From NCBI GenBank assembly GCA_038087875.1, contig CM075998.1, positions 5,642,001 through 5,706,000 on the forward strand: DNA of 64,000 nt. Direction: 5' to 3'. The notes beneath the pieces are model-generated. The model was not told the origin of the DNA. It did no database searches and was given only the letters and a program-made list of their open reading frames with translations. Source of the DNA: Malacoraja senta (Eukaryota). The stretch's first letter is position 1. Each line of letters begins with the position of its first letter. The translations under genes were made by a program, and so were the position numbers. Below, one piece after another: positions 11,200-23,331 of the stretch.

Positions 11200-11668
11200 G
11201 GGCGACACGGTGGCGCAGCGGTAGAGTTGCTGCCTCACAGCACCAGAGACAGGGGTGGGAGATTGCAACCTTCACGTGGTCCGCCCTGTTTCGACGAATG
11301 CAATCAACCTGGCGTGCACAATTAAATAAGATCAAATAGAAGAAGAAGAAGCGCCAGAGACCCGGGTTTGATCCTGACTACGGGTGCTGTCTGTACGGAG
11401 TTTGTATGTTCTCCCTGTGACCTGCGTGGGTTTTCCCCGGGTGCTCTAGTTTCTTCCCGCACCGAAAGACGTACAGATGGCTGGTTAGCATGCAACAAAA
11501 GTTTTTCACTGTACCTCAGTACATGTGACAATAAACGAAACTGATTAACTGAGGTTTCTAGGTTAATTTGGCTTCGGTAAAATTGTAAATTGACCCTATA
11601 GGATATTGTTATGTTGGTACGGACTCGGTGGGCCTGTTTCAGCGTTGTATCTCTAAACTAAACTAAAA
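11200..11668 (+). mobile_element. HE1-type V-SINE carrying two nested inserts
   Basis: Interrupted at 11251-11350 and by a Rex-type tail at ~11485-11545. Confidence 0.9.
11251..11350 (+). mobile_element. ~100-bp (GAA)n-tailed retroposed insert (RTE-type tail suspected)
   Basis: Flanked by AGC(A/G)CCAGAGAC duplication; ends AGAAGAAGAAGA. Confidence 0.65.
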
Positions 11669-12234
11669 ATTCCAATATATACACTTTGAAGGTACTTCAC
11701 TGCAATGTATTTTAGGAAATTGTGAAATGTCCCATTTAAGAAAGATAAAAGATCTGGGATTTACATCTCAGAAATGCAAAGAAAATCTACTAATTTGTGC
11801 GTCCAAATCATGAACTGCTTTCCTCAGTTCTCTCAATTCCATGCAAACACCGAGATCCCATTGTGTAGTTACAGCAGAGACAAAGAACAGTAAGTGTTCC
11901 CTCTACCAACCGCCAACACTCTCTCCCAGTTTATTAGTAATGTCAGAACACAGGCATCAAGGGGTTTAGGGACAGAGCAGAAATATGGTACTGAGATTGA
12001 GGATTAATAATGATTGTATCAAATGGCAGAGCAGGCTCAAAGGGCTGAATGGCCTCCTCTTGCTCCTATTTTTCTATGCCCACTGCACCAACGTAACATT
12101 TGCCTTCAAGATGGTCACTTCAAGATCCAAGAGAGAATAACTTAAGGATGATTTGCCCCAAATACTTCAGGTACTAAAATGGGTCAAAGGTGGCCAAAAT
12201 GGGTTCTTGAGTTGCAAAACGAGTTCTAGTTTCA

Positions 12235-12546
12235 GGGTAAAACATGGAACAGGCTCTTCGGCCCACTGAGTCTGTGCCGACCATCAATCACCTCGTTCAC
12301 ACTAGTTCTGTGTTATCCCACTTTCACATCCACTCCATGCACACTCGGGGCAATTTACAGAGGGTCAATTAACCTACTAACCCACACGTCTCTGAGATGG
12401 AGGAGGAAACAAGAGCACCCAGAGGAAACTCACAGTCATAGGAAGGACGTGCAAACACCACCAAGACAGCACCCGAGTTCAGGAAGGAAGTCGGGTATCT
12501 GGCACGATGAGGCAGCAGGTCTACCAGATGCACCACTGTGCCGCCC
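12235..12546 (-). mobile_element. HE1-type V-SINE, diverged
   Basis: Recognisable head and CR1-like tail. Confidence 0.8.
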
Positions 12547-12788
12547 ACTTTAGATGAAACACACACTTGCAATCACTGCTCAAAAGATTGCTTAATAGGT
12601 CGACCGTCATTTAACTTGCCTGCCAAAGGTCATAACGGATGGCCTGGCATTTTGGATGGTAACACCTGAATTATTTCCCAAGAGATTTAAAAAGAAACAT
12701 TGGTGAAAATGTTGAACATGGCTGAAAGGCATACTTGCCTGTTACTGGCCAATTGCTGTTGGAGGCTTGTGGAAGATTATCCCACCAC

Positions 12789-12881
12789 AGATAGACACAA
12801 AGTGCTGGAGTAACTCAGCGGGACAGGCAGCATCTCTGGAGAGAAGGAATGGGTGACGTTTCAGGACAAGATCCTTCTTCA
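12789..12881 (-). mobile_element. PLE terminal unit
   Basis: GATAGACACAAAGTGCTGGAGTAACTCAGC...GACGTTTC. Confidence 0.8.
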
Positions 12882-13383
12882 AGCCAACCAACACAGCACG
12901 TCCACTAGGCTGGGCAGGAAGCCCAACTCTTTTTGTAAGGTCCTTCCGCCATCATGATATTACTGCCACTCTGCAGGCAGAAAAACTCGTCCAGTGGAGA
13001 CATAGTCATTCAAGTCTGGACTGGCATAATATGAGCAATTGAACCACCATCCAAGTTAAAAGGTAGGTAGGCCTGGGGGGCCCTGCGGGGGTGGGGGGGG
13101 GGGGGAAGGAACTGTGACAGCAGCCCTGGCTGTTTTTTGTGGAGCCCAAAGATGTATGCCTTCTCCTCTAGGAATGGGCTTTTTTCAACTGCATTCCCAG
13201 CTGGAACAGGTGGCAAATACTACAGCAGCAGGGTGTAAATTTGGCCAGCGAACTATGCAAGAACTACATTTGTACATTAAACTGAGCAAGCGTCTGTCTG
13301 GGGCAGTAAACTCTTGCTGCACTTCAGACCCAAGGAAGGATTGCAGTGGCCACATCAATAGCAGCAGAGGGAAAGAGCACTCG

Positions 13384-13541
13384 TGTGTAGGATGGAACTG
13401 CAGATGCTGGTTGAACCCAAAGATAGACACAAAATGCTGGAGTAACTCAGCGGGACAGGCAGCATCTCTGGATGACATCACCCGCTCCTTCTCTCCAGAG
13501 ATGCTGCCTGTCCCGCTGAGTTACTCCAGCATTTTGTGTCT
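13384..13541. mobile_element. PLE fold-back unit
   Basis: Inverted arms AGACACAAAATGCTGGAGTAACTCAGCGGGACAGGCAGCATCTCTGGA. Confidence 0.85.
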
Positions 13542-13844
13542 AACTCCCATATTATCATCAGGCCTTAAACAGCAAGCCTTCAATGTCGAAGCCTGCACAT
13601 AAAGGCTGGCAAAGCAAATTAACTGCAGGTAGGCAGCGAGGGGCATTATATCCATGCAAAGGTCGGTGTTCTCAAAGAGGAACGGAAAATAGAACAAAGC
13701 TTCGAAAGAAGAACAAGTTTCCAGAGTATATTTACAAGCAGAGGTCTCATGAGGGGACACACAAACATTATTAACAACAAAAAAGTCACAAAGATAAAAT
13801 GAGAGAAAAGCCAAGAGCAAGTCCCTTTCAACAGATATGTGTTA

Positions 13845-14174
13845 AACCCCTGTCCCACGGTACGAGTTCATTCCAAGAGCTCTCCCGAGTTTGCCCTAAT
13901 TCAAACTCGGAGATTTACGGTAATGGCCGCTCGTCGGTACTCGGGGCTCTCGTGGACATTTTTCAACATGTTGAAAAATCTTCACGAGTCTTCCCGTGCT
14001 TACCTGCCGTTAGCGAGTCTTCCCGAGTACCTGCCGTTCACTTTACAAGCCGGTAAGAGACGTCCCCGAGCTCCGACGTACCCGCTACGTTCATTCTCCG
14101 TGCTTACCACGAGTTTGATTTTTTTTAAACTCTGGAGAGCTCTTGGAATGAACTCGTACCATGGGACAGGGCCA
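13845..14174. mobile_element. PIF/Harbinger-type MITE (330 bp)
   Basis: Long TIR CCCTGTCCCA(C/T)GGTACGAGTTCATTCCAAGAGCTCTCC; TTA/TAA flanks; same family as 22133-22462. Confidence 0.9.
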
Positions 14175-15059
14175 TAACTCTACACATGGAATTTCCTTCG
14201 TTGCACCACCCCCTCACTTTAAGCCATAAGGTTAGGAGCATTTCAGCAATTAGTCGCATAGCAACATTAAGAGCTTGAAGAGCTCTCGGGAACACGGACC
14301 TACTCTCTATCCAGCACCTCCTCATAACTGAAACGCACCATCACAGGCAGAAGTCTGACCAATCTCCTCTGCACTACTCTCCAGCACTATGACATCCTCC
14401 TGAAAGTGTGGTGACCAGAATGTGCTGTTCAGAATCAAAGATGGCGACTGCAGACTGGAGGTCACGCAGAAGCTCAACTGTGTGCAGGACAGGGCACTTA
14501 GCTGCCACAGAGCCAGAGGGTGGAGAATTATGGCATCTAATCCTCCTCTTTCTCCTCCTCACATCCCGCCATCCCCACTCCACAATCTCTTCTGCCTTAT
14601 AACATACACAAGGTTCAAAGCTGTTTTTTCTTACTTGCTCCAACCCTTCCACCTCAATCACGTTCTTCTGGTTTTCTCGCTTCCGATACTAAAAGGGCCC
14701 AGCAGGCAGGTGTCACATTCACCAGCCACGATCCTTGCACTTTGACAGCATTCGGGAGCAGCTTCGAGGTGCTGCTGAGTAACCAGACATAGACAGACTG
14801 CAGCCAGATCAGAGAAAAGCTCGCGTCTCAGCTCTCGGGAGCGTGCTGTCTGCTCCACTGGATGTTGACGATGACTACAATAAAAGAGCACATAAAGACG
14901 GATGACCAGGCGAAGGACATTGCCTGGATGACATGAAAGCTTGTACAAGATGTCCAGCAGAATAGAGGAATCCAGTTGAAACACTGCATGTGGTTTTGTG
15001 CAGGGCCTGGAGCTCATCATTTCCAAAGTGGGAATGGTGGCCAGTTCCATCTTAATACT

Positions 15060-15217
15060 GTGTAGGAAGGAACTGCAGATGCTGGTTTAAACCAAAGATA
15101 GACACAAAATGCTGGAGTAACTCAGCGGGACGGGCAGCATCTCTGGAGAGAAGGAATGGGTGACGTTTCGGGTCGAGACCCTTCTTCAGTCTGTTCTCCC
15201 AGCATTTTGAGTCCATC
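15060..15217 (-). mobile_element. PLE mini-unit with 15-bp TSD and intact hammerhead-like core
   Basis: TTCCATCTTAATACT at 15045-15059 and 15218-15232; minus-strand CTGAAGA-AGGGTCTCGACCC-GAAACGTC at 15162-15189. Confidence 0.85.
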
Positions 15218-15867
15218 TTCCATCTTAATACTCATGGATACAACCAGGATGGAGTGGAGTGTCTGATGACTACAGCTCCCATTGCAGTACCAGTGCTGCT
15301 CTGGAATCTCTGATCTCTTCAATCTCTCACCTTATGTCAACATCCCACCCAGATGTCTCCGTTGAGGGTATGGAGGCACCCCAGCTATCGATGCTCCAGC
15401 AGACTGCGAAACCAGCTGGTGCTCTGTCCTGGGCGAGTGGCAATTAGTCAGTTAAGTAAAATTCTGTCCACTCATGAGGTCAAAATTTGTGCTCCCAGGA
15501 CAATTCTGCTCGCTCTGATGGCCATCATGCCAGCTACCGGAGCAGAACTGCTCACTGCTGTCACAGCATCCACCATTCAAAAGGTAACAACTCCCCTTCT
15601 GCATTGGCTGCTTTCATTCACAGTTTCACTCAAATGCAGAGAGTGGCTCTCCTTTACTCCTTGTCCATTGACTGAAACCTGCCAGCTTTCCAGCACCAAG
15701 CCAATAAGTCACATTTTGCTTTGAAACCATTCAGTGTGAGAACATTGGTGGGAAACATTTTATGGGTACAATGAGTACTTTGAAAACAAAATTGACAGCC
15801 TTTCAATAACAACGTATATTTACATAGTGGTGTCCACATAGCAAAACACCCCAAGGCACTTTACAGG

Positions 15868-16090
15868 CGGGAATACGCCCTGTCCACGGGCACCCTGTGG
15901 GAGTTCCGGGACCGCTGGGCTCCGCAGGGTGTTGAATGCATTCTAGACAAGGAGTGTAAGATAATTGTACAGTCGTTTATTAAGGATGTATGTTTGTATT
16001 GTATTATGGTGGTGGGTTCTGGTTTGTTTTATTGTAGTGTAATATTATTTTTTTAATAAATTGAATACATTTTTTGAATTTAAAAAAAGG
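15868..16090 (+). mobile_element. Tx1/L1-clade LINE 3' end with TSD
   Basis: Reads REYALSTGTLWEFRDRWAPQGVECILDKEC; T-rich UTR and A-rich tail; GGC(A/G)CTTTACAGG duplicated at ~15855 and ~16091. Confidence 0.7.
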
Positions 16091-17225
16091 GGCGCTTTAC
16101 AGGAGCGTTATCAACAAAATGTAATACCAAGACACGTAGAAATATTCCAGGTGATGACCAAAACACTGATTAAAGAGTAATCAACAAAATCAAAAGGAAT
16201 AAAGAGAGGCAGAGAGATTTAAAGCAGGAATTCCAACATTTAAGGACTTGGAGCTGATAAAATAGCCGCCGATTGGTTAAACATTGAAATGAGGAATTCA
16301 TCAAGGGGCCATAATTCGTATGGCAAAGCTTTAAGGGTGCTAGATATCAAGTAACATGGAGGCAAAACTAAAACGTCATTAGAAACATTATGTAATTGAT
16401 GTAATATACAGAAACTAAAACTGATCTTACATATAGACACAGAGTACACAAAGCCTGCACACACCGCATTACTCGGAGTGGTCTCTAGATCAGCATTGCC
16501 ATTTGTTCACTAATCCCTGATCATCCTCTCCCAATTAAACACAGCTTCCAAGAGGATCAAATATCAGACATGAGTGACTCAACTACTAAGAAATGTTTAG
16601 ATGTTAAGGAGGAGCTTAAGATAACATTGTTGTTTATAAATTGAGGGAGAAAGTGAGGCTGCTGATTTTAATTTATCGCACTGATTCTGAAGTCTATTGT
16701 GTGCCTTCGCTATCATCCTTGACAAGACTGCTCGTTATTTTGAATAGCAAGACTGCAATGATAACAACAAAAACTTCCAAAACAAGGAAAAAAACAGAAT
16801 GCCTGAGAAAATAAATTCAAGTCATTCACACACTCTAATCACTGTCCTATGTGGATGAAGATGGGTCATCTCCAGAAACTTTCCAACTGCTTTATTTCTC
16901 TCTCAACCTACTTTATCTGAATATTTTGTGGACAACTTTCAAAATGGGTCTCTCATTTCCTACTGACAACAACATTCTGCTCACTTTCTTCTTCAATGTT
17001 TTAAATTTATTATAATTATGCAGTCCCTTGGGGTCAGGGGCGACTTGCTTCAACTCCGGTTCAGCAGCTGACTGATGAGCCGAACTTCTGGCATGATTTT
17101 AAATATTTAGTGAAAAGCAAGGTTGGTGCCGCGAGTGACATCTCCCTGTGGAGATTGTTGGAATGGCAGGTGGGGAAATACACTGGGGTGTGAGTGGTCC
17201 TCGATGACAATGGCGTCCCCGAGAC

Positions 17226-17549
17226 AGTCACGGTAGCGCAGCGGTAGAGTTGCTGCCTTACAGCGAATGCAGCGCCGGAGACCCGGGTTCCATCCCGACT
17301 ACGGGCGCTGTCTGTACGGAGTTTTACGTTCTCCCCGTGACCTGCGTGGGTCTTCTCCGAGACCTTCGGTTTCCTCCCACATTCCAAAGACGTGCAGGTT
17401 TGTAGGTTAATTGGCTTGGTAAATGTAAAATAAATTGTCCCTAGTGGATGTAGGATAGTGTTAATGTGCGGGGATCGCTGGTCGGCTCGGACCCGGTGGG
17501 CCGAAGGGCCTGTTTCCTTGCTGTATCTCTAAACTAAACTAAACTAAAA
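17226..17549 (+). mobile_element. HE1-type V-SINE
   Basis: Near full length, (CTAAA)n tail. Confidence 0.92.
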
Positions 17550-17574
17550 AGTATAGATGTGGGGGTGGGGAGTG

Positions 17575-18322
17575 GGGAGGATGGCTTGTTTGATGGACTT
17601 GGCTGTTTCCACCACACTCTGCAGTTTCTTGAGGTCTTGGCCAGAGCAGCTGCCATTACCATGCTGTGATGCATCCTGGTAGCATGCATTCTATGTTGCA
17701 TCTGTAGAAATGGTGAGGGTCATTGGGGTTATGTGCAATTCCCCGAGACTTCTGAGGAAATTGGTGGGCTTTCTTGGCCATATTGTCAATGTGGTTGGAA
17801 CAGGTTAAACTGTTGGTGATATTTACACATTGCAACTTGAAGCTCTCTTCCCGATTCAGGACATTGGACTGTCTCAGGAACACATGCGCTAAAATGCTGA
17901 GAACTATATTCTGCAATTGTATTTTTTCCATTGCTCTATCTAAGAATAAGAATAAGGGGGAGGCCATTTAGGGCTGAGATGAGGAAAAACTTCTTCACCC
18001 AAAGAGTTGTGAATCTGTGGAATTCTCTGCCACAGAAGGCAGTGGAGGCCAATTCTCTGGATGTTTTCAAGAGTTAGATTTAGTTCTTAGGGCTAAAGGA
18101 ATCAAGGGATATGGGGAAAAAGCAGGAATGTGGTACTGATTTTCGATGAACAGCCATGATCGTATTGAATGGCTCGAATGGCCTACTGCACCTATTTTCT
18201 ATCTATTATACCCGTTTGAACTGATTGTATCTACATATGGTATATCTGATCTGTTTCGATAACATGCAAAACAAAGCTTTCCACTGTACCTCGATACAGG
18301 TGACAATAATAAACTAAAGCCT
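17575..18322. mobile_element. Rex1/Babar-type remnant (RT piece on minus, 3' UTR on plus) with a nested CR1 3' end at ~17945-18205
   Basis: FYRCNIECMLPGCITAW on minus; TTTCCACTGTACCTCGATACAGGTGACAATAATAAA tail on plus. Confidence 0.7.
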
Positions 18323-18502
18323 CAACATCAAAGATTGTCCAATGCTGCCAAGGGAGATTGATTCGTTACTGCCAAGTACTGATCAACCCAGAATACAAAA
18401 GCTCTCCACATGCAATGCAGATGTGGGTTGAAATCAGTACAAGCCTTGTCATGCTGAGATTTTTAAAAGTGAGATCAAATACCAAACAGTCTGCATACTT
18501 CA

Positions 18503-18600
18503 CTCTGAAGAAGGGCCTCGACCCAAAACGTCACCCATTCCTTCTCTCCAGAGATGCTGCTTGTCCCACTGAGTTACTCCAGCATTTTGTGTCTATCTTC
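18503..18600 (+). mobile_element. PLE terminal unit, hammerhead core mutated
   Basis: CTGAAGAAGGGCCTCGACCCAAAACGTC (GAAA changed to AAAA). Confidence 0.8.
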
Positions 18601-19294
18601 AAACACCAAACAATTTTTTGGAAAATAAAATGCCTATATTTTCTCCACGTTAAAAAATGTATGAAACCTGTGAAAATGGACGAATTAAAGCATCAGCATC
18701 CATGAGCTTTTTGATGTTCTTCAGCAGCAAATACCAGGCGTCAAGCCCTGATGCAAACGCTCCCTTGCATCTCCCCCACTGTAGCACAGATAATCAAATT
18801 AAGTGCAAGCGGAAAAATTAATTTCAATATATGTTGTCAGTTTTCGATTCGCTCTCAACAAGTAGCATTACTCAGAGTTATGGGCATTGTTACCCACTAA
18901 TTCTATCCAATAACATTATTCATTATGAGTCGCCAAGCAATTGCAAGATACGTCTACTTATAAACTTCCTTCCTGAACACAAGTTAGAACTAAGGTTTGA
19001 GTCCGCATCTGGAGACGCAGATAAAGCAGTAGAGTCCAGATAAATGGCTCACCGTCCAACTGGACTTTCAATTGCCTTGAGAAGAACAGGATTCTTTTGG
19101 TTGGCGACCGCATATGTTTAAACTTCAGTGTTATGCAGGAAAAGCTTATGAGTTTGAACATACTACTGTTTGTTCCTTTAACAGGCACCAGATTCACTAC
19201 TCACCTTGCAGCAACTCTGCTGCTTACATGCATTGTAAAGCTATAAATCAGCCCTTTCCCAAGAAGGGATTGTCCGACACAGATGGATGAACAT

Positions 19295-19760
19295 ACAAGA
19301 TCAATAGAAGCAGGAGTAAGCTATTTGACTCTTGTGCCCGCATTGCCATTCAACAAGATCATGCCTTTATTTTGAGACCATGCCTCATGATTTCAGACAC
19401 CCCAACGAGAGGAAACAGTAACAGTAACTCTGCATCCATGTGTTTAAGACCTGCAAAAGTTCTGCACATTACCGAGGTCACTTCTTATTCTTCTAAACTC
19501 CAGACAGTGCAAGCCTAGTCTGTTTTAGCTCTCCTCACATGACAAACTTGTCATGCTGAGAATCAATCTCATGAATCTTCGCTTGCCACTCCCTTAGTCA
19601 CAAATATCCTTCTTTTGGTAGGAAGGCCAGACCTACGCACAATACTCCAGATGAATTCTCACCAGAAAGTTAATATAATTAGAGCAAAACGTTTTGTACT
19701 TACATCCTCTTGCAGTAAGTATAAAGCATACGGTTGGCCTTCCTTACTGCTTGCTGAATC
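19295..19760 (-). mobile_element. Old CR1-type LINE 3' fragment
   Basis: Diverged match to the CR1 end (ATAGAAGCAGGAGTAAGC..., CTTCTAAACTCCAG). Confidence 0.65.
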
Positions 19761-19769
19761 TACATATTT

Positions 19770-19970
19770 TCATCTATCCTACACACTAGGGACAATTTTA
19801 CAACTTCAAAAGCCAATTAACCTACAAACCTGTACGTCTTTGGAGTGTGGGAAGAAACCGGAGCACACGGAGAAAACCATGCGGTGATGGGGAGAACGTA
19901 CAAACTCCGTACAGACAGCACCCTGCGTCTCTGGCGCTGTCAGGCATCAACTCTACCACTGTGCCACCCC
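19770..19970 (-). mobile_element. HE1-type V-SINE fragment
   Basis: V-domain and head. Confidence 0.85.
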
Positions 19971-20444
19971 TTTAATACAGTTGTCAACAATAGTGCTATA
20001 GAGGAACACAGGCAATGTAGCTAGCCTCAGCAGTGCCAAGAATAAGATAATAATGCGGTCTTACTGATGTTCATGGAGATAGCAACACCATAAATGTGAA
20101 ATATATCTGCTGTTGGCAACCACCATTCATATTGTGTGCTGTTGCACTGAATGTTTAGATCACCCACCCACATAGTGATTCGTTTTTCCAGGCACTAGGC
20201 AACAAGGCCTCTCCCAGTTAATGGCAATAGCTTGAAAATGAAGAAAAGGTCATCAACCCAGAACAACTCTTTTTCTTCCCCCCCAACAGATCCTTACCCG
20301 ACCAGACAAGTTTTTCCAGAGTTCTCCATTTGTATTTCAGATGACAAATCTTTGACTGTTACACTAGTTCTCCAAATTCAGCCTACAAAATGTATAGAGT
20401 GAATTCCATAGCACTAGGTACAAATTAATTATTTGAACACGCCT

Positions 20445-20858
20445 GAACCTACCTGATCTCCTGGTTGCCAAACACCTTAATTCTCCTTCCCATTCCCACA
20501 CTGACCTTTCTGTCCTGGGCCTCTTCCATTGTCAGAGTGAGGCCAAATGCAAATTGGAGGAACAGCACCTCATATGTCGCTTGGGCAGCTTACAGCCCAG
20601 TGGTATGAACATTGACTTCTCGAACTTCATGGAACCCCTGCATCCCCTCTCTATCCATCCCTCCCCCACCCAAGTCGTACCAGGTTCAAATTCATCTTTT
20701 TGAGTCTCATTGTCTGCAACTTGTTCTCACCTAGCACAGAGCTAACAATGGCCTGTTTCCTTTATCATTATAACTTTTTTGCACATCTTTCATTCATTTG
20801 TTCTATAATCTCACTACGTCACCGCTATATCTCTCGTTTCCCCTTCCCCTGACTCAGT
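20445..20858 (+). mobile_element. Penelope-like element, GIY-YIG C-terminus plus 3' UTR
   Basis: Reads PDLLVAKHLNSPSHSHTDLSVLGLFHCQSEAKCKLEEQHLICRLGSLQPSGMNIDFSNF. Confidence 0.9.
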
Positions 20859-21462
20859 TTGGTTTTGTGACATAAAGGAGCGATGTTGGATAAAAAAAGT
20901 GAATTGGGTTGATGTTTCAAATGTTACCTGCAGCACTGAAGAACGTGCTGTAAATATTTCACCTCAACCTTCATAATTATTGAAGTATTTATTCAGTTAT
21001 TCATCACAGAGCCATACACAGGATATTGCTTTGTTTTACAAATCAGTAACTGAGTAATTAAATGATAGATTGTCCTGTATTAGAAATTACCCAGTTTTGA
21101 ACTTGTAATGCATTTTAGTGGAAGTATAACATCTGAACAAACTAGATCTGTATTTATCAGAAGGCATTTAAATGATTTACAATAAGCTCATTATCATGAG
21201 CAATATCTATGTCGAGGTTGGAGTTATTGAATTTCCTCCCACAGCTACATTACAGATGTATATTTCAAGTAATTAGAGTACAAGTTTTAAGGCTCCAAAT
21301 GAAGGATGAAAAACAGACTCAAAACAAAAAGCATCATTCTGGCTATTAATAAAAGAGGCAGAATCCATTGGTCCATAAATTAAAGCAAGAAGCTTGTTTC
21401 TTTTCTTTCAAAAACGTTCACAACATTTTATTTCAATTATGCAGGAAATGGAGGGATGTTGA

Positions 21463-21797
21463 TCATAGAGTCATAGAGTGATACAGTGTGGAAACAGGCC
21501 CTTCGACCCAACTTGCCCACATGTCCCAGCTACACTAGTCCCTCCTGCCCGCGTTTGGTCCATATCCCTCCAAATCTGTCCTATCCATGTACCTGTCTAA
21601 CTGTTTCTTAAACGTTGGGATAGTCCCAGCCTCAACTACCTCCTCTGGCAGCTTGTTCCATACACCCACCACCCTTTGTGTGAAAAAGTTACCTCTCAGG
21701 TTCCTATTAAATCTTTTCCCCTTCACCTTAAACCTCTGTCCTCTGGTCCTCGATTCCCCTACTCTGGGCAAGAGACATCTACCCGATCTATTCCTCT
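21463..21797 (-). mobile_element. CR1-type LINE 3' fragment
   Basis: ORF 21535-21822 contains FFTQRVVGVWNKLPEEVV; (ACTCTATG)n tail. Confidence 0.9.
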
Positions 21798-22132
21798 CAT
21801 GGTTTAATTTACCTCTCATCATGTGCAGGCAGCGGAGATTAGTTTATCTTGGCAGCATGTTCGGCATGGACACAGTGGGCCGAAAGGCCTGCTCCTGTGC
21901 TGTACTGTTCTATGTTCGAGTACAGATTGGCATTATTGAAGAAAACAAAGTCATTGAAACATTTATATTACAGAACAAGGACCAATTATCAGGCAAGTCC
22001 AGAGGCAGATGTGAACTTTCAGAGTTATTTATATAGTACTGAATTGTGATTTTCAACGAGCATATTCCCCCCAGCTAAGGGAAATACAATAACATTGCAT
22101 AGGTTCTCTGTCTATCTGGTGCTTATAGCTAA

Positions 22133-22462
22133 AAGCCCTGTCCCACGGTACGAGTTCATTCCAAGAGCTCTCCCGAGTTTGCCCTGATTCGAACTTGGAG
22201 ATTTACGGTAATGGCCACTCGTCGGTACTCGGGGCTCTCGTGGACATTTATCAACATGTTGAAATATCTTCACGAGTCTTCCCGTGCTTACCTGCCGTTA
22301 ACGAGTCTTCCCGAGTACCTGCCGTTCGCGTTACGAGCCGCTAAGTGACGTCCCCGAGCTCCGACGTACCCGCTACGTTCATTCTCCGTGCTCACCACGA
22401 GTTTGATTTTTTTAAAACTCGGGAGAGCTCTTGGAATGAACTCGTACCGTGGGACAGGGCTT
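22133..22462. mobile_element. PIF/Harbinger-type MITE (330 bp)
   Basis: 48-bp perfect TIR AAGCCCTGTCCCACGGTACGAGTTCATTCCAAGAGCTCTCCCGAGTTT; TAA TSD at 22130-22132 and 22463-22465. Confidence 0.95.
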
Positions 22463-23036
22463 TAACATGTGCAAGGCTTGTGTCCTCTGGAACCAGATTG
22501 CAAGACAAGAATTTAATTGTTGCATTTCAGGAAACGTGACAAGAAAACACTGTTTACTTGGTCACTGTGATCTCCCAGATTGCCAACATGCCAAGGTTGA
22601 TTGTCTTCCGCAGAGCTCCAATGAGCACAAACCTCAGACTGTGGGTCTGACCAAGCAAACTCCAGCGCTATGCCACGTATGCCAATTTGTTTGTGTTGGA
22701 CTTGGTGGCCAGTGGGAATCCTCACACCATTCACAAATCCATCTTTGAATACGGTTCGATGATGGGAATCCCAGCTGCAGCAAATGAACGGCAACAAAAA
22801 TATATCTACATGCCACTGAACCACAGGAGGTCAGGCAGAGAATTAAGGGTAGTTATAGGCATACCTTAAGAGGAGAGGAGAGTTTGCAAGAGAGACAGAA
22901 GTTTTGAGAGGGAGTTCCAGGGAGAGCTGCTGATGATGGAGTTAGGAAAATGTGGCATATGGAACAGGAATGTGGAAATCTTGGAGGGGAGTTGAGGTTT
23001 GAGGGAATTCTGGTGGCAATATTCTATATTGGCAAT

Positions 23037-23331
23037 AAGCGAGTTCTTCTCCGCGCTGGCTGTATGCCTGGGCCATCACTGCTCCGGGCCGGTGTCCCGT
23101 CAGTCCAGGGTCACCCCGGACATCTCCAGCCGCCCCCGGACAGGGATGGGACACTCGGGAGGTGACGGTCCAGTAGCAGTTCAACGGTGCTTGCAGCGCC
23201 GGAGACCCAGGGTCGATCCTGGCTACGGATGAAACGCAGGTCTGTATACATGCAGCAGCACAGCTACCGAGAATGTTTATCGCGAGTGACCGATGACCTT
23301 TGCGTGCGCAGTCGGAATACCGAACTCGCTT
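23037..23331. mobile_element. ISL2EU-like non-autonomous DNA transposon, short derivative
   Basis: Ends AAGCGAGTT...AACTCGCTT, AT on both sides; related to 51697-52731. Confidence 0.75.

Larger units (their letters stand above)
10990..11730 (+). mobile_element. Old DeuSINE (SacSINE1/AmnSINE1-like), split by a HE1 SINE
   Basis: Deu-like text CTCTCAGG...CCACTATTTAAAGAAGAGCAGG...CCAATATTTATCC...CAACATCACTAAAACAGATT..CTGGTC at 11015-11135; tail resumes at ~11670 (ACACTTTGAAGGTACTTCA). Confidence 0.75.

Noticed and set aside
14180-15720. GC-moderate stretch with several ORFs, possibly an old TE or exon
   Set aside because: No motif I can assign and no coherent splice structure.
17226-17300. tRNA-like A/B boxes
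   Set aside because: SINE head followed by V-domain and LINE tail, not a tRNA gene.
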